Positions 22,782 to 32,984 of a stretch of DNA of 64,000 nt are shown here, one piece after another. The notes beneath the pieces are model-generated. The model was not told the origin of the DNA and searched no databases. It saw nothing but the letters and a program-made list of their open reading frames with translations. This DNA comes from an uncultured Alphaproteobacteria bacterium (GTDB lineage: Bacteria > Pseudomonadota > Alphaproteobacteria > Rhodobacterales > Rhodobacteraceae): positions 9,738-73,737 of the forward strand of contig CACOBR010000005.1 in NCBI GenBank assembly GCA_902625475.1, in the 5' to 3' direction. Positions within the stretch are counted from its first letter, which is position 1; the number at the start of each line of letters is the position of its first letter. Both the position numbers and the translations under genes were made by a program.

Positions 22782-24197
22782 TTAACCAACCGAAGGTGTA
22801 GAAAGTATCCACAAACCTAAAAAAGTGTAACAAATCATAAAAATACTTATTGGGAATTGACTAATAAGAAGCGATGATTTTGATTTTAAATATTTTTCAC
22901 TTATTGAATGAGCTAATAAAACCGCAATTACATGTCCAAATACAATAGCAAACGCTTGAATTAACCAAATTATTCTTACAGTTTCAATACTATTAAAAAA
23001 ACTAGTAGTCACATGAATATTAGCCGTACCAAAGTAATTTGATCCGTTATTTAAAGGATCAGAAAGAACTTTATAAAAATATTGAATATTTACTAAAAAG
23101 GTAGTTAAGTAGTGAGCGATATGATAAGCAATTGCTATAGGCAATAAAGCTATAGAATTAATACCTATAATTTTATTAAATTCAATTTCTTCATTGATAA
23201 ATTTGTGACCTAAATAAATAGTCAATAGAAAAATAAAAAATAAAAAAATTGCAAATGCTAATAAACCAATTGAATTTTGAAAAATAACAGAGGATCTACC
23301 ATGAAATTCTAATGGATTGATATTGATAATTTTAAACCAAAAAAAAGTTTCATTTAATCCATCAAATGATAGTGTTGCTAAAATTATAGCTAAGAATAAA
23401 ACAGTTAAAGGTGGTAAATAATTAATATGAGTTAATTGAGATCCAAAAAAGCCAAAATAAGCTTTTCTATTTTCAAACCAAAACAAGGATAATTTTGATA
23501 ACTTACCAAAAAAAACAGAGAAACATTCCCCTCTTTTTAGCCATTCTATTCCAAACAACCAAATACAAAAAAAATTTAACAAAAAATACAAACATACTAC
23601 AGTAGCTAACCTGTCTGGATCATCAGGAGCTATATCTACAAGCATGAATAATGAAAAAAGAAGAAATAACAAAGATGGTATTAAATAAGTTAAATTATTG
23701 TCTAATTTAAAAATAAAATTATTTTTGAATAAAATCTTCCCAATACCATACCAAGGATTTAAAAAGGACCATATGTTTCCAAATATCATTTGAGCTAAAG
23801 GCATAACTAAAAACCAAACTGACCAAATGAAAAGCGAAAGAGGATTAACTAATGGATCTCTTGAACCTGTAAAACCCAAGACAATTAAAATAATTAAAAG
23901 AAAAAAACTTATTAAACTCATAACAACTTTAATTGAGTTTAAATCAATTAAAGAAATAAAATTAAAACGTTTAAGAAAATTTATTTCATAAGTTCTGAAG
24001 AGTATACCAATAAATGCTTTTGGTGAAATATAGGTAATTAAAATAGTTAAAACTAAAACAGATATTCCAGCAGGAATATAAATTTCTGTAGGTAACAACA
24101 ATGTTAATGCTCTTTCCGACACATGGGCATAAGAAATTTCGAAACTCAATAATAATATTAAGAAAAATAATGCGATATTTATTATCATAAATCTCAT
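22782..24197 (-). CDS. Uncharacterised polytopic membrane protein (about 12 predicted TM segments)
   Basis: 471 aa and highly hydrophobic. It has an N-terminal signal-like segment ending SYA|HVSERALTLLLPT. I recognise no family. Confidence 0.7.
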   Translation of the reverse strand: MRFMIINIALFFLILLLSFEISYAHVSERALTLLLPTEIYIPAGISVLVLTILITYISPKAFIGILFRTYEINFLKRFNFISLIDLNSIKVVMSLISFFLLIILIVLGFTGSRDPLVNPLSLFIWSVWFLVMPLAQMIFGNIWSFLNPWYGIGKILFKNNFIFKLDNNLTYLIPSLLFLLFSLFMLVDIAPDDPDRLATVVCLYFLLNFFCIWLFGIEWLKRGECFSVFFGKLSKLSLFWFENRKAYFGFFGSQLTHINYLPPLTVLFLAIILATLSFDGLNETFFWFKIININPLEFHGRSSVIFQNSIGLLAFAIFLFFIFLLTIYLGHKFINEEIEFNKIIGINSIALLPIAIAYHIAHYLTTFLVNIQYFYKVLSDPLNNGSNYFGTANIHVTTSFFNSIETVRIIWLIQAFAIVFGHVIAVLLAHSISEKYLKSKSSLLISQFPISIFMICYTFLGLWILSTPSVG

Positions 24198-24265
24198 ATC
24201 TCGAAATGTATCTTAAATTTAATACTATTAATTTTTTTTTAAAATTAATTTATTAATAAAATTAT

Positions 24266-24523
24266 TTAGGTGTGTGTTCTTTTATCTCTTTTTCTTCTTT
24301 CTGCACGATATCCACCAGACAGACCTTCTAAAAGAACCCTAGTCATTGGATGGGTGGGATTGGATAATGAATATTTTTCGTGAAGAGTTTTAATTGCGAG
24401 ATTTATATCAAGTTTTGAATCAATATCTAAAACCCAACCAAAAAAAATTGAACGACACTCTATATCACTTATATCATTGATTTTAAATGACTCACTTATA
24501 AGTTTTTTAGGATCATAATCCAT
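24266..24523 (-). CDS. Small hypothetical protein with basic C-terminal tail
   Basis: 85 aa, ending in GGYRAERRKRDKRTHT. It lies 9 nt downstream of glnE on the same strand. I recognise no family. Confidence 0.5.
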   Translation of the reverse strand: MDYDPKKLISESFKINDISDIECRSIFFGWVLDIDSKLDINLAIKTLHEKYSLSNPTHPMTRVLLEGLSGGYRAERRKRDKRTHT

Positions 24524-24532
24524 AGTCGTGTA

Positions 24533-27424
24533 CTATTTTAATTTTTTATCAAATAAATTGGCAATATATATAGATTTCTGCTTAAGTAAAAAATATAAAT
24601 CATTTAAATTTTTAACTTTTTCATAGTTAATTGATTTATAAAAGTTTTCAATCAAATATTGTAATCCATAATTTGATAAAATTTGTTTATTATCGATCTT
24701 ATCAGACATAATACAAATTACTTGCTGATAGTTAAAAAATAAATCATAAATCAAAGAAACTTCTTTAAACTCATCTTCATTAAAAAAGCTAGCTCTGAAC
24801 AATACCACAATTAATTTTTTTGGAGATTGCTGATTTTTTTTATAACCAATATTCATTAAGAGCATTCCCATCTGTATAAGAAGTTCTAATTCTTGAAATC
24901 CTCCTCTACCATATTTTATATCTGGTGGATTAAATTCTTTACTATAATTTTTATGTAAGGTCATACGCATATTTTGAGTTTGTTTTTTTATCTCATTTTT
25001 GGGAAAAGTTTTATTATCAAATATTTTAAACAATATTTTATTTAATTTACTACTTGTCTTAGTATCACCCGCAATTGTCCTAGCTCTTGATAGTGCCATA
25101 TATTCCCAAACCCATGCTTTATTTAATTGATAATTTAAAAATGAACTTATTGATGTAGCAACAGGTCCTTTTCTGCCTGATGGCCGAAGTCTCATATCAA
25201 CATTATATAATTTTCCTTCTTCTGTTAAAGAAGTAAAAGCAGATACAAGAGCTTGAGTAAATCTTGCAAAATAAATCTCTAAAGAATTATAATTTTGATT
25301 TTTTATTTTATATTTCACAAATGGATCATAAATTAATATGAGATCAAGATCAGAAAAAAAATTCATTTCACTAGAACCTAATTTTCCCATACCTAAAACA
25401 CATGGTAAATGATTCACAGGATATCCATAACGTGGTTTTAAATTTTTCTTAATTACAGGTAATAAGATTTCTACACAAATTTCTGCAGTATCTGAAAAAT
25501 AGTTTGATGCTTTAAAACAATTAATTTTGCCTAACATTAAATGTATACTAATCTGGAATTTTCTTTCTTTAACAAATCTTCTTAACTCATTAATAATAAA
25601 TTCAAAATCGTTTTTATATTTTAATCTTAATTTCAGCTCTTTAGCCATCTTGTCTTTTGAAGAAATATAATCCAGAAATTTTTTGGATACTAACAAATCA
25701 AGTAATTCAACATTATTTGATAATTTTTGAGAAATTAAGTTTGAACTATTTAAAATAATTAATAAAGTTTTAATCAGTGTTGGGTTATTTTCTAAAAGTG
25801 GGAAAAGCTGTGATCCTGTTGATATATTTTTAAAAAAAACTTCTAATTTCCCAATTAATTGAGTTTGATGATTAAATTGTTGTATTTCTTTAACAAATAA
25901 TGGTGTAAGAGCGGTAAATGATCTTAAGGTACTAAGATTTCTAAAAATCTGGTTGTTTTTTAAAGAATTAATTTCACTATGAAGAGAGTTGTCATTATTT
26001 AATTTTCTATCAAATTTGTTTTTTTTATTATTCAAAGGGCTTACATGAAAAAATGTTTTATTATGTACTTTTCTAAATTTCAAATTAGAAAAAAAATCAT
26101 CGGTTAGAGTTTTTACTGCTTTTAATTTATTCAATAATAGATCCCTGAAGTTTATATAGTCATTAAAACCCATAAGTGAGGCTAATTGTTTAAATTTTAT
26201 TGATTTTTCATTAGGTAAATTTTGTGTTTGGGTATTATTAATAATCTGTAATCGATTTTCTGTAGTACGTAACAAAATATAAGCATCCACTAAAGTTTCA
26301 AATGATCGATTATCAAGCCAACCAAATTCTTTAAGCTTTTTTAGTATTAAGAGAGTGTTTGCCCCTCTTAATTCTTTTTGTCTACCAGCTACTACTAACT
26401 GGTAGGTTTGAGTAAAGAGCTCAATATCTCTAATTCCACCAAGGCCAATTTTAATATTATAACCACTTAAATTAAATAATTTTAAATGAGTGGAATTTAA
26501 TTTCATTTTTTCTCTTAAGTTTTTTACATCATCAATAGCTGCATAATCAAAATGATTTCTCCAAATAAAGGAGGAAATTTTACTCATAAACTCTTTACCC
26601 TTAAGTATATTTCCACTTACTGGCCTAGCTTTGATAAAAGCCATTCTTTCCCAAGTACGTCCCAAGTTTTGATAATAACTTTCGGCAAAATTTGTATCTG
26701 TTACAATAGGTGTAGAGGAAGGATCTGGCCTTAATCTTAGGTCAACTCTATATATAAAATCCCCAGTTGATGTATCTGTTAAAATACGCACAAGTTTTCT
26801 AAATTTTTTTATGATTTTTTGTTTAGCTTCAAACTGATCATTAATCTTTTTATTTTCAAAAGTATTAAAAAAAATAATATCAATGTCGGATGAATAATTA
26901 AGTTCATATGAACCCATTTTACCCATAGCAAGAATAAAAAAACTTATAGAACGATTTATATTTTTATTATCTAAAACACTACGATATTCTCCTTTTTCAT
27001 AAATTATAGATTTAGATAATACTGATAAAATAAAATCAGCTACATACGTCAAAATTAGTGAGACGTGATCTAATGACAAATAACCTGAAATATCAAATAT
27101 TGATGTAATTAAGAAAATTCGCCTCTTTATCAATCTACACTCTTTTACTAAATCATCTAAATTAAAAGCTCGAACATCAAGAATTAAATCATTTATAATG
27201 TCATTCAAACACTTTTCTTTAATTCTATGAAGCCACTGTGTTTCACTTTTAGATATTCTTTGCAGATAAGGACTCAAATTCCCTATTTCTTCTAAAAAAT
27301 CAAAAAATTTAATTTCATTATAATGTTTAGAATTTGTATTTTTATATTTATTTATATCATAAAAATCAATATTACCGTCTAATTGCGATAATTTAATTTT
27401 GGGTAAATTAGAAAGTAAAATCAT
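24533..27424 (-). CDS. glnE: Bifunctional glutamine synthetase adenylyltransferase/adenylyl-removing enzyme
   Basis: 963 aa with two tandem nucleotidyltransferase modules (GKMGSYELNYSSDIDIIF and GKLGSSEMNFFSDLDLILIY), each followed by the DxRLRP motif (RVDLRLRPD, NVDMRLRPSG). Confidence 0.88.
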   Translation of the reverse strand: MILLSNLPKIKLSQLDGNIDFYDINKYKNTNSKHYNEIKFFDFLEEIGNLSPYLQRISKSETQWLHRIKEKCLNDIINDLILDVRAFNLDDLVKECRLIKRRIFLITSIFDISGYLSLDHVSLILTYVADFILSVLSKSIIYEKGEYRSVLDNKNINRSISFFILAMGKMGSYELNYSSDIDIIFFNTFENKKINDQFEAKQKIIKKFRKLVRILTDTSTGDFIYRVDLRLRPDPSSTPIVTDTNFAESYYQNLGRTWERMAFIKARPVSGNILKGKEFMSKISSFIWRNHFDYAAIDDVKNLREKMKLNSTHLKLFNLSGYNIKIGLGGIRDIELFTQTYQLVVAGRQKELRGANTLLILKKLKEFGWLDNRSFETLVDAYILLRTTENRLQIINNTQTQNLPNEKSIKFKQLASLMGFNDYINFRDLLLNKLKAVKTLTDDFFSNLKFRKVHNKTFFHVSPLNNKKNKFDRKLNNDNSLHSEINSLKNNQIFRNLSTLRSFTALTPLFVKEIQQFNHQTQLIGKLEVFFKNISTGSQLFPLLENNPTLIKTLLIILNSSNLISQKLSNNVELLDLLVSKKFLDYISSKDKMAKELKLRLKYKNDFEFIINELRRFVKERKFQISIHLMLGKINCFKASNYFSDTAEICVEILLPVIKKNLKPRYGYPVNHLPCVLGMGKLGSSEMNFFSDLDLILIYDPFVKYKIKNQNYNSLEIYFARFTQALVSAFTSLTEEGKLYNVDMRLRPSGRKGPVATSISSFLNYQLNKAWVWEYMALSRARTIAGDTKTSSKLNKILFKIFDNKTFPKNEIKKQTQNMRMTLHKNYSKEFNPPDIKYGRGGFQELELLIQMGMLLMNIGYKKNQQSPKKLIVVLFRASFFNEDEFKEVSLIYDLFFNYQQVICIMSDKIDNKQILSNYGLQYLIENFYKSINYEKVKNLNDLYFLLKQKSIYIANLFDKKLK

Positions 27425-27488
27425 TAACTTATAACACTAAACAATATTAAAGTTATACTTGATAAAAAAATAAAAAAAATGTAATTTT

Positions 27489-27947
27489 TTATTTTTTAAT
27501 AAATGCTTCTAATTTTTTTAAGTCTGTAGCGGAATGTTTTTTTGAGATTTCATCTCTTTTAGGTCTATTAAAATAAACTCTAAAAGTAATCATCAATACT
27601 GATATAATAAAAAGAATTGGTCCAGATATCCATAAAAATATAGTTGAACCAGAAAATGTTGGATTTAATAGAACGTATTCACCATAACGTTTAACTATAA
27701 AACCTTTTACTTGTTTATTTGTATCACCTAGAAGAATTCTTTCTCTTACTAATAACCTTAAATCTTTTGCAAGCTCTGCATTAGAACTATCAATATTTTC
27801 ATTTTGACATACTAAACATCTAAGATCTTTTGAAATTAGCCTAGCTCTCTCTTCTAAAGTTTGATTTTCTAAAATTTCATCTGGTTCTACGGCTAATGAA
27901 ACTACCGGACAAAAAATCAAAAATATAAACAATAAGAATTTTTTCAT
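27489..27947 (-). CDS. ccmH: Cytochrome c-type biogenesis protein CcmH/CycL
   Basis: 152 aa. It has a signal peptide, the LRCLVCQNENIDSSNAELAKDLR motif and a C-terminal TM segment. Confidence 0.9.
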   Translation of the reverse strand: MKKFLLFIFLIFCPVVSLAVEPDEILENQTLEERARLISKDLRCLVCQNENIDSSNAELAKDLRLLVRERILLGDTNKQVKGFIVKRYGEYVLLNPTFSGSTIFLWISGPILFIISVLMITFRVYFNRPKRDEISKKHSATDLKKLEAFIKK

Positions 27948-27951
27948 AATA

Positions 27952-29919
27952 TCAAACTAAATGTTCTTTTCTTGATGCTATTCCAATCCTTAATTTTTTA
28001 TCAACAACACTTAAAATACCTCCTAATGATAAAATAAACGCACCAAGCCATATCCAATTTACAAAAGGCTTTATATAAGTCCTAATGACCCACCCAGATT
28101 TATTTTGTTCTGATCCCAATACTACATATATATCTCTGGTTAAACCGTTATCAATAGCTGCTTCTGTAGTAGTAATAGATTGAGTTGGGAAGAATCTTTT
28201 TTCAGGTTTTAACGTTGTGATGTAATTATTTTTTTTGTCTAAAACATCCAAAAGACCCATTGTTGATACATAATTTGGACCATTTTTATTAATAACATTA
28301 TTTAGGGTAAATTTATAGGATCCAGCAGAATATGTATCCCCTATTTTCACAACTCTTATATCTTCAATTTCCCAAGCTGTTATACTTGATATTCCAAAAA
28401 TAATTATACCAAAACCAGAATGTGCAATTATTTTACCCCAATCGGATGCACGCATATGTAAAATTCGGTACAAAACAAGACTGTAATTTGTTGAGAATAT
28501 CCTATTCTTAACGAAGAATTCACTCCATGCTCCAAAAATAACCCATACAGACAAAACAATCCCAATAGGAGCTATTAGATTATTTTTTTGCTGCATCTCA
28601 TACACAATAATTCCAACAAATATCGAAAATACGAAAATTGGTAATAAAACGATTAAATAATTTGAATTAAAGGATTTACGCCAAGGTAGAACTGCTCCTA
28701 AGGGTAAAATCATAGCTAGCAATACCATGAAAGGTGTAAAGGCTTTATTGAAAAAAGGTGCACCTACCGATATTTTCTCACCAATTAAGGTTTCAATCAA
28801 TAATGGCCATAAAGTTCCTATGAAAACTACAACAGTTGATACCATTAAAAGTAGATTGTTAGATATAAGTGCACTTTCACGGCTAACTAATGAAAATGTA
28901 ACATTTTTGGATAATTCAGAAGCTCTTAAAGAAAATAAAACTAAAGCTACTCCTACTATTAAAGATATCATAAATAAAAGCCAAACTCCTCTTGTAGGAT
29001 CATTGGCAAAGGAATGAACTGAAGTTAGTATTCCTGAACGAACTATAAATGTTCCTATTAATGAGAACGAAAAGGCAATAATTGCCAGTAAAATGGTCCA
29101 GTTTTTTAGAGTATCCCTTTTTTCTGTAACAAGAGCAGAATGAAGCAGAGCAACTGAAGTAAGCCAAGGCATGAATGAAGCATTTTCAACGGGATCCCAA
29201 AACCACCAACCACCCCAACCTAACTCATAATAAGCCCACCAACTACCAAGCGCTATTCCAATTGTTAAAAAAATCCAAGCAACTAAAGTCCAAGGCCTTA
29301 CCCATCTTGCCCAAACCGAGTCAATTTTTCCAATAATAAGTGCTGCAACAGAAAAACTAAATGCTACTGATAAACCTACATAACCTAAATATAAAAAAGG
29401 AGGATGGAATGCTAATCCAGGATCCTGTAGAATAGGATTCAAACCCTTTCCTTCATTGAAAAACAAATCAGTCCTTTCAAAAGGATTTGAAGTAAATATT
29501 AAAAAACATAAAAAAAGAAATAAAATACTGGTTTGCACTCCGATAGCCACATTTTTAAATGAATTATCCAAATGTTTTCCGAACCATGATATTAAAGCTC
29601 CAAAAAAAGAAAGTAACAAAACCCATAATAGTAATGAGCCTTCGTGATTACCCCATGTCCCGGTAACTTTATATAATAATGGCTTTAAAGTATGTGAATT
29701 TTGCAAAACAATAATTAAAGAAAAATCAGAAATTAAAAAACCATAAACAAGAGAAGAAAAAGAAATTAAAAGAAAAACAAAAATTACAGAAGAAAGATTA
29801 AATGTTAATCTTTCAAAATTTTCCCATTTATAAATATAACCTAATGATGATGTCAGCAAGGTTATGCTTGAGAGGGTTAAAGCTAATAATAAAGATAAAT
29901 GTCCTATTTCAATTATCAT
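27952..29919 (-). CDS. ccmF: Cytochrome c heme lyase subunit CcmF
   Basis: 655 aa and polytopic, with the WWD motif region WGGWWFWDPVEN. Confidence 0.95.
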   Translation of the reverse strand: MIIEIGHLSLLLALTLSSITLLTSSLGYIYKWENFERLTFNLSSVIFVFLLISFSSLVYGFLISDFSLIIVLQNSHTLKPLLYKVTGTWGNHEGSLLLWVLLLSFFGALISWFGKHLDNSFKNVAIGVQTSILFLFLCFLIFTSNPFERTDLFFNEGKGLNPILQDPGLAFHPPFLYLGYVGLSVAFSFSVAALIIGKIDSVWARWVRPWTLVAWIFLTIGIALGSWWAYYELGWGGWWFWDPVENASFMPWLTSVALLHSALVTEKRDTLKNWTILLAIIAFSFSLIGTFIVRSGILTSVHSFANDPTRGVWLLFMISLIVGVALVLFSLRASELSKNVTFSLVSRESALISNNLLLMVSTVVVFIGTLWPLLIETLIGEKISVGAPFFNKAFTPFMVLLAMILPLGAVLPWRKSFNSNYLIVLLPIFVFSIFVGIIVYEMQQKNNLIAPIGIVLSVWVIFGAWSEFFVKNRIFSTNYSLVLYRILHMRASDWGKIIAHSGFGIIIFGISSITAWEIEDIRVVKIGDTYSAGSYKFTLNNVINKNGPNYVSTMGLLDVLDKKNNYITTLKPEKRFFPTQSITTTEAAIDNGLTRDIYVVLGSEQNKSGWVIRTYIKPFVNWIWLGAFILSLGGILSVVDKKLRIGIASRKEHLV

Positions 29920-29930
29920 AAAATTATCTA

Positions 29931-30377
29931 TTATTTTTCAGGCTCAACATAAAGACCGTCCTGTTTTAAAATATCGATTACTTCTTTTGGTAAATAACTT
30001 TCATCATGTTTGGCAAGTATTTCTTCTGCGACAAAAACTCCATTTATATATTTACCTGATGCAATTACACCCTGGTTTTCAGCGAATAAATCAGGCAATA
30101 TTCCCTCAAATGAGGTTGGAATTGAGTTCTGGTTATCAGTGATATTAAAGGAAATTTTTTTTCCAGAAGACTTGACTAAACTCGAGTCTTCAACCAGACC
30201 ACCTAACCTGAATTTAATCTTTTCAGATATATCAGAACTCAAAACTTGAGTAGGTGATTTATAATATTCGATACCGTCCTTCAAAGAAAAACCTATTATC
30301 AATGAAGCTACAGAAATCATAAAAATAGCCAAAATAAGCCATCTTATTCTTTGTTTCTTTTTTGAAATCATAGCCAA
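29931..30377 (-). CDS. ccmE: Cytochrome c maturation heme chaperone CcmE
   Basis: 148 aa. It has an N-terminal anchor, an OB fold and the heme-binding HxxxY motif (AKHDESY). Confidence 0.93.
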   Translation of the reverse strand: MAMISKKKQRIRWLILAIFMISVASLIIGFSLKDGIEYYKSPTQVLSSDISEKIKFRLGGLVEDSSLVKSSGKKISFNITDNQNSIPTSFEGILPDLFAENQGVIASGKYINGVFVAEEILAKHDESYLPKEVIDILKQDGLYVEPEK

Positions 30378-31400
30378 TCAAGGATAAATTGGAGGGGTTA
30401 AAAGACCTAGAGATTCATCCAAATTGAACATTAAATTAGCATTTTGTATTGCTTGACCTGAAGATCCCTTAATTAAATTATCTAATGTTGAAAGTAAAAT
30501 TACAGTATCAGGACTACTAGACTCGCAAACTGATATATTACAGAAATTTGATCCGCGTACATCTTTAGTAGATATTAAAGTATTCAATGGCATGACATTT
30601 ATAAACTTTTCATATTCGTATTTTTTATATAGTGTGTCATAAATTTTATTTAAGCTACCTTTGACATAAATTGTTGTTAAAATACCTCGATTTTGAGGTA
30701 ACAAATGAGGTGTGAAAGTTATTCTTATATTTTTTCCTGAAAAATTAAATAATTCTTGATCAAATTCTGCGAGATGCCTGTGTTTTTTTATATTATAAGG
30801 AGAATATCCTTCAGATACTTCACTATGAATAATTGATTCAGACGCTTTTCTACCAGCTCCAGATACCCCAGTTGCAAGATTAATAATAATATCATCAAAA
30901 TCAATGACTGCATTTGAGACTAAAGGGAGAATAGGATATAATCCTGCTGCTGAATTACATCCTGTGCAAGCTACATGATTAGAAATTTTAATATCACTTC
31001 TATAAAATTCAGTTAATCCATAAATAAACTTAACTAGCATTTCTGGACAAGGATGATCCACCCCATACCACTTTTTATAATCAATTGAAGAGTTAAGCCT
31101 AAAATCCGCAGATAAGTCAATTACTTTAATATTTGTTGGTATATTATTGATTATATATGCACTTTTAGTATGTGGTAATGCGCAAAATACAGCATCGATT
31201 TCTTCATAATTAATCTCTGAAACTGATAATAAATTAGGTAATTTTAAATATTGCAAACCAGGATAAACATCACCAAATTTCATTCCTGACTTTGAATCAC
31301 CAGAAAGGTACACTATTTCAAATTTGGGGTGCATAGAAATAAGTCTTACTAGCTCAAGTCCAGTATAGCCACTAGCACCAAGAATAGCTACTTTAAACAA
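30378..31400 (-). CDS. argC: N-acetyl-gamma-glutamyl-phosphate reductase
   Basis: 340 aa. It has the N-terminal NAD-binding motif VAILGASGYTGLELVRL and the catalytic Cys region (VACTGCNSAA). Its stop codon directly abuts the ccmE start codon. Confidence 0.92.
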   Translation of the reverse strand: MFKVAILGASGYTGLELVRLISMHPKFEIVYLSGDSKSGMKFGDVYPGLQYLKLPNLLSVSEINYEEIDAVFCALPHTKSAYIINNIPTNIKVIDLSADFRLNSSIDYKKWYGVDHPCPEMLVKFIYGLTEFYRSDIKISNHVACTGCNSAAGLYPILPLVSNAVIDFDDIIINLATGVSGAGRKASESIIHSEVSEGYSPYNIKKHRHLAEFDQELFNFSGKNIRITFTPHLLPQNRGILTTIYVKGSLNKIYDTLYKKYEYEKFINVMPLNTLISTKDVRGSNFCNISVCESSSPDTVILLSTLDNLIKGSSGQAIQNANLMFNLDESLGLLTPPIYP

Positions 31401-31430
31401 TTGTATTCCTTTTTATATTGGAGATATAAA

Positions 31431-32378
31431 TTATGCGTCAAAATCAAATCCTTCATCATAATTCTTACTTTGATCAGGTGATAATTTATATGTTTCAGTT
31501 CTTAAAAATTGCATTAAATCATCTGCATTATCTTTAAATTTATTAATATCTTTAGTATCAAAAGCTTTACCAATAACAACCGAAACTTTATCGTTTGTTC
31601 TTTTACCAAATTCGTTGATAAGAAGTGCCATTCTTAAATTATAATGTAAATGGCTCGCAATTTGAAAAATACGACTATTACTTCCTTTAAAGTATATAGG
31701 AATAACTTTAGCTCCTGATTTAGCTATTAATCTTGCTGTAAACTTTCTCCAACTTGGATCCATTGCTTTTCCGAATGGTTTTAAGGAAGTAGAAACAGTT
31801 CCTCCTGGAAAAATACCAACACATCCACCATTAATTAAATAATTTATAGCTTTTTTTCGTGTTTCTATATTTTTAGAAATGCCTTCTCTTGTCTCGTCAA
31901 AATTTATAGGTAAAATAATATCATCAAGATCTTTAGCTTTTTTAAAAATTCTATGCGCTAAAATTCTAAAATCTTTTCTTGTAGTTGATAATATATGGCC
32001 TAATAACAAACCATCTAAAATTCCATATGGATGGTTTGCCACTACAACCACTGGACCTTTTTTTGGTATATTATCAAGCGATCCATCCAATATATTTAGA
32101 CTAATTTTATACTTTTCAAGTATTACTTCCCAAAAATCTCTTCCTAGAGCTACTTCATTTTCATAATTCTTTGCTTTCTTAATAAGACGAAGTCTTCCAG
32201 TCATATTTTCAATCGACCTAATAACTGCCCTTCCTGCTTTACTTTTTGCAGAACTTGCATACGAAATATCTCTGGCTACTTCTTTTTTCACTTCAAAACC
32301 TATAATTAAAAAAAGACTTGATAATAATATTATATTTAAATGATAACCAAATTTATAATAATAGATTAAAATATTCAA
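31431..32378 (-). CDS. Lysophospholipid (PlsC-family) acyltransferase
   Basis: 315 aa. It has an N-terminal TM segment, the HX4D motif (ANHPYGILDG) and FPGGTVS (motif III/IV). This is the type often paired with OlsB-like N-acyltransferases. Confidence 0.8.
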   Translation of the reverse strand: MNILIYYYKFGYHLNIILLSSLFLIIGFEVKKEVARDISYASSAKSKAGRAVIRSIENMTGRLRLIKKAKNYENEVALGRDFWEVILEKYKISLNILDGSLDNIPKKGPVVVVANHPYGILDGLLLGHILSTTRKDFRILAHRIFKKAKDLDDIILPINFDETREGISKNIETRKKAINYLINGGCVGIFPGGTVSTSLKPFGKAMDPSWRKFTARLIAKSGAKVIPIYFKGSNSRIFQIASHLHYNLRMALLINEFGKRTNDKVSVVIGKAFDTKDINKFKDNADDLMQFLRTETYKLSPDQSKNYDEGFDFDA

Positions 32379-32486
32379 GATATAGCATATATAAGAAATA
32401 TATTATAGCTTATGGCTGATCATACTTTTAGTTAAAGGAATACAAAAATTAAACAATTCTTTTTTTTAATAGTAATTTCCCTAATT

Positions 32487-32834
32487 ATGATACTTATCAT
32501 AGTTTCAAATTGGCAAAATTTGAAAGATGGATTTAAAAAACCTGAATTAATTATTGCCAAAGTAACTCTTAACAATGAATGTTCTATATTATCTGATGCT
32601 TTTGTTGTTATTCATCAAAAAACAAAAAGAATATTTAACTTTTCTAATAACCTTGCAAGGATCAAACTTTACGAAAATGATATGATCAGACTAGCTATTT
32701 CACCTAAATACCCCGATTACATATATAATGGTGATTTTTTTAAAGCGAAAAAAGAAATTACACTTACTGCAAATTGTGAGACAGATCCTAGAATGAAGTC
32801 AATATTTAATTCAATGCGTGACCAATTCAAATAG
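32487..32834 (+). CDS. Hypothetical small protein, probably membrane-anchored with an upstream non-ATG start
   Basis: 115 aa from the ATG. The frame is open for 17 more codons upstream, and 13 of them (from the ATT at 32448) complete a K-rich plus hydrophobic signal-anchor (KQFFFLIVISLIMILIIVS). AAAGGA lies 8 nt before the ATT at 32448. See the finding. Confidence 0.55.
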   Translation: MILIIVSNWQNLKDGFKKPELIIAKVTLNNECSILSDAFVVIHQKTKRIFNFSNNLARIKLYENDMIRLAISPKYPDYIYNGDFFKAKKEITLTANCETDPRMKSIFNSMRDQFK

Positions 32835-32984
32835 GTAAATAATTTAGAAAAGTAGTTAAATAAAATTTCTAATTGAAGAAATGAAAATTACATCTAGTAA
32901 AAAACTTTTTTATTATTTAAAAGAAGATATGAGTATATCTTATTTACGTATTTTTTTGTAAGAAAAAAATAATTTTAGGTAATT

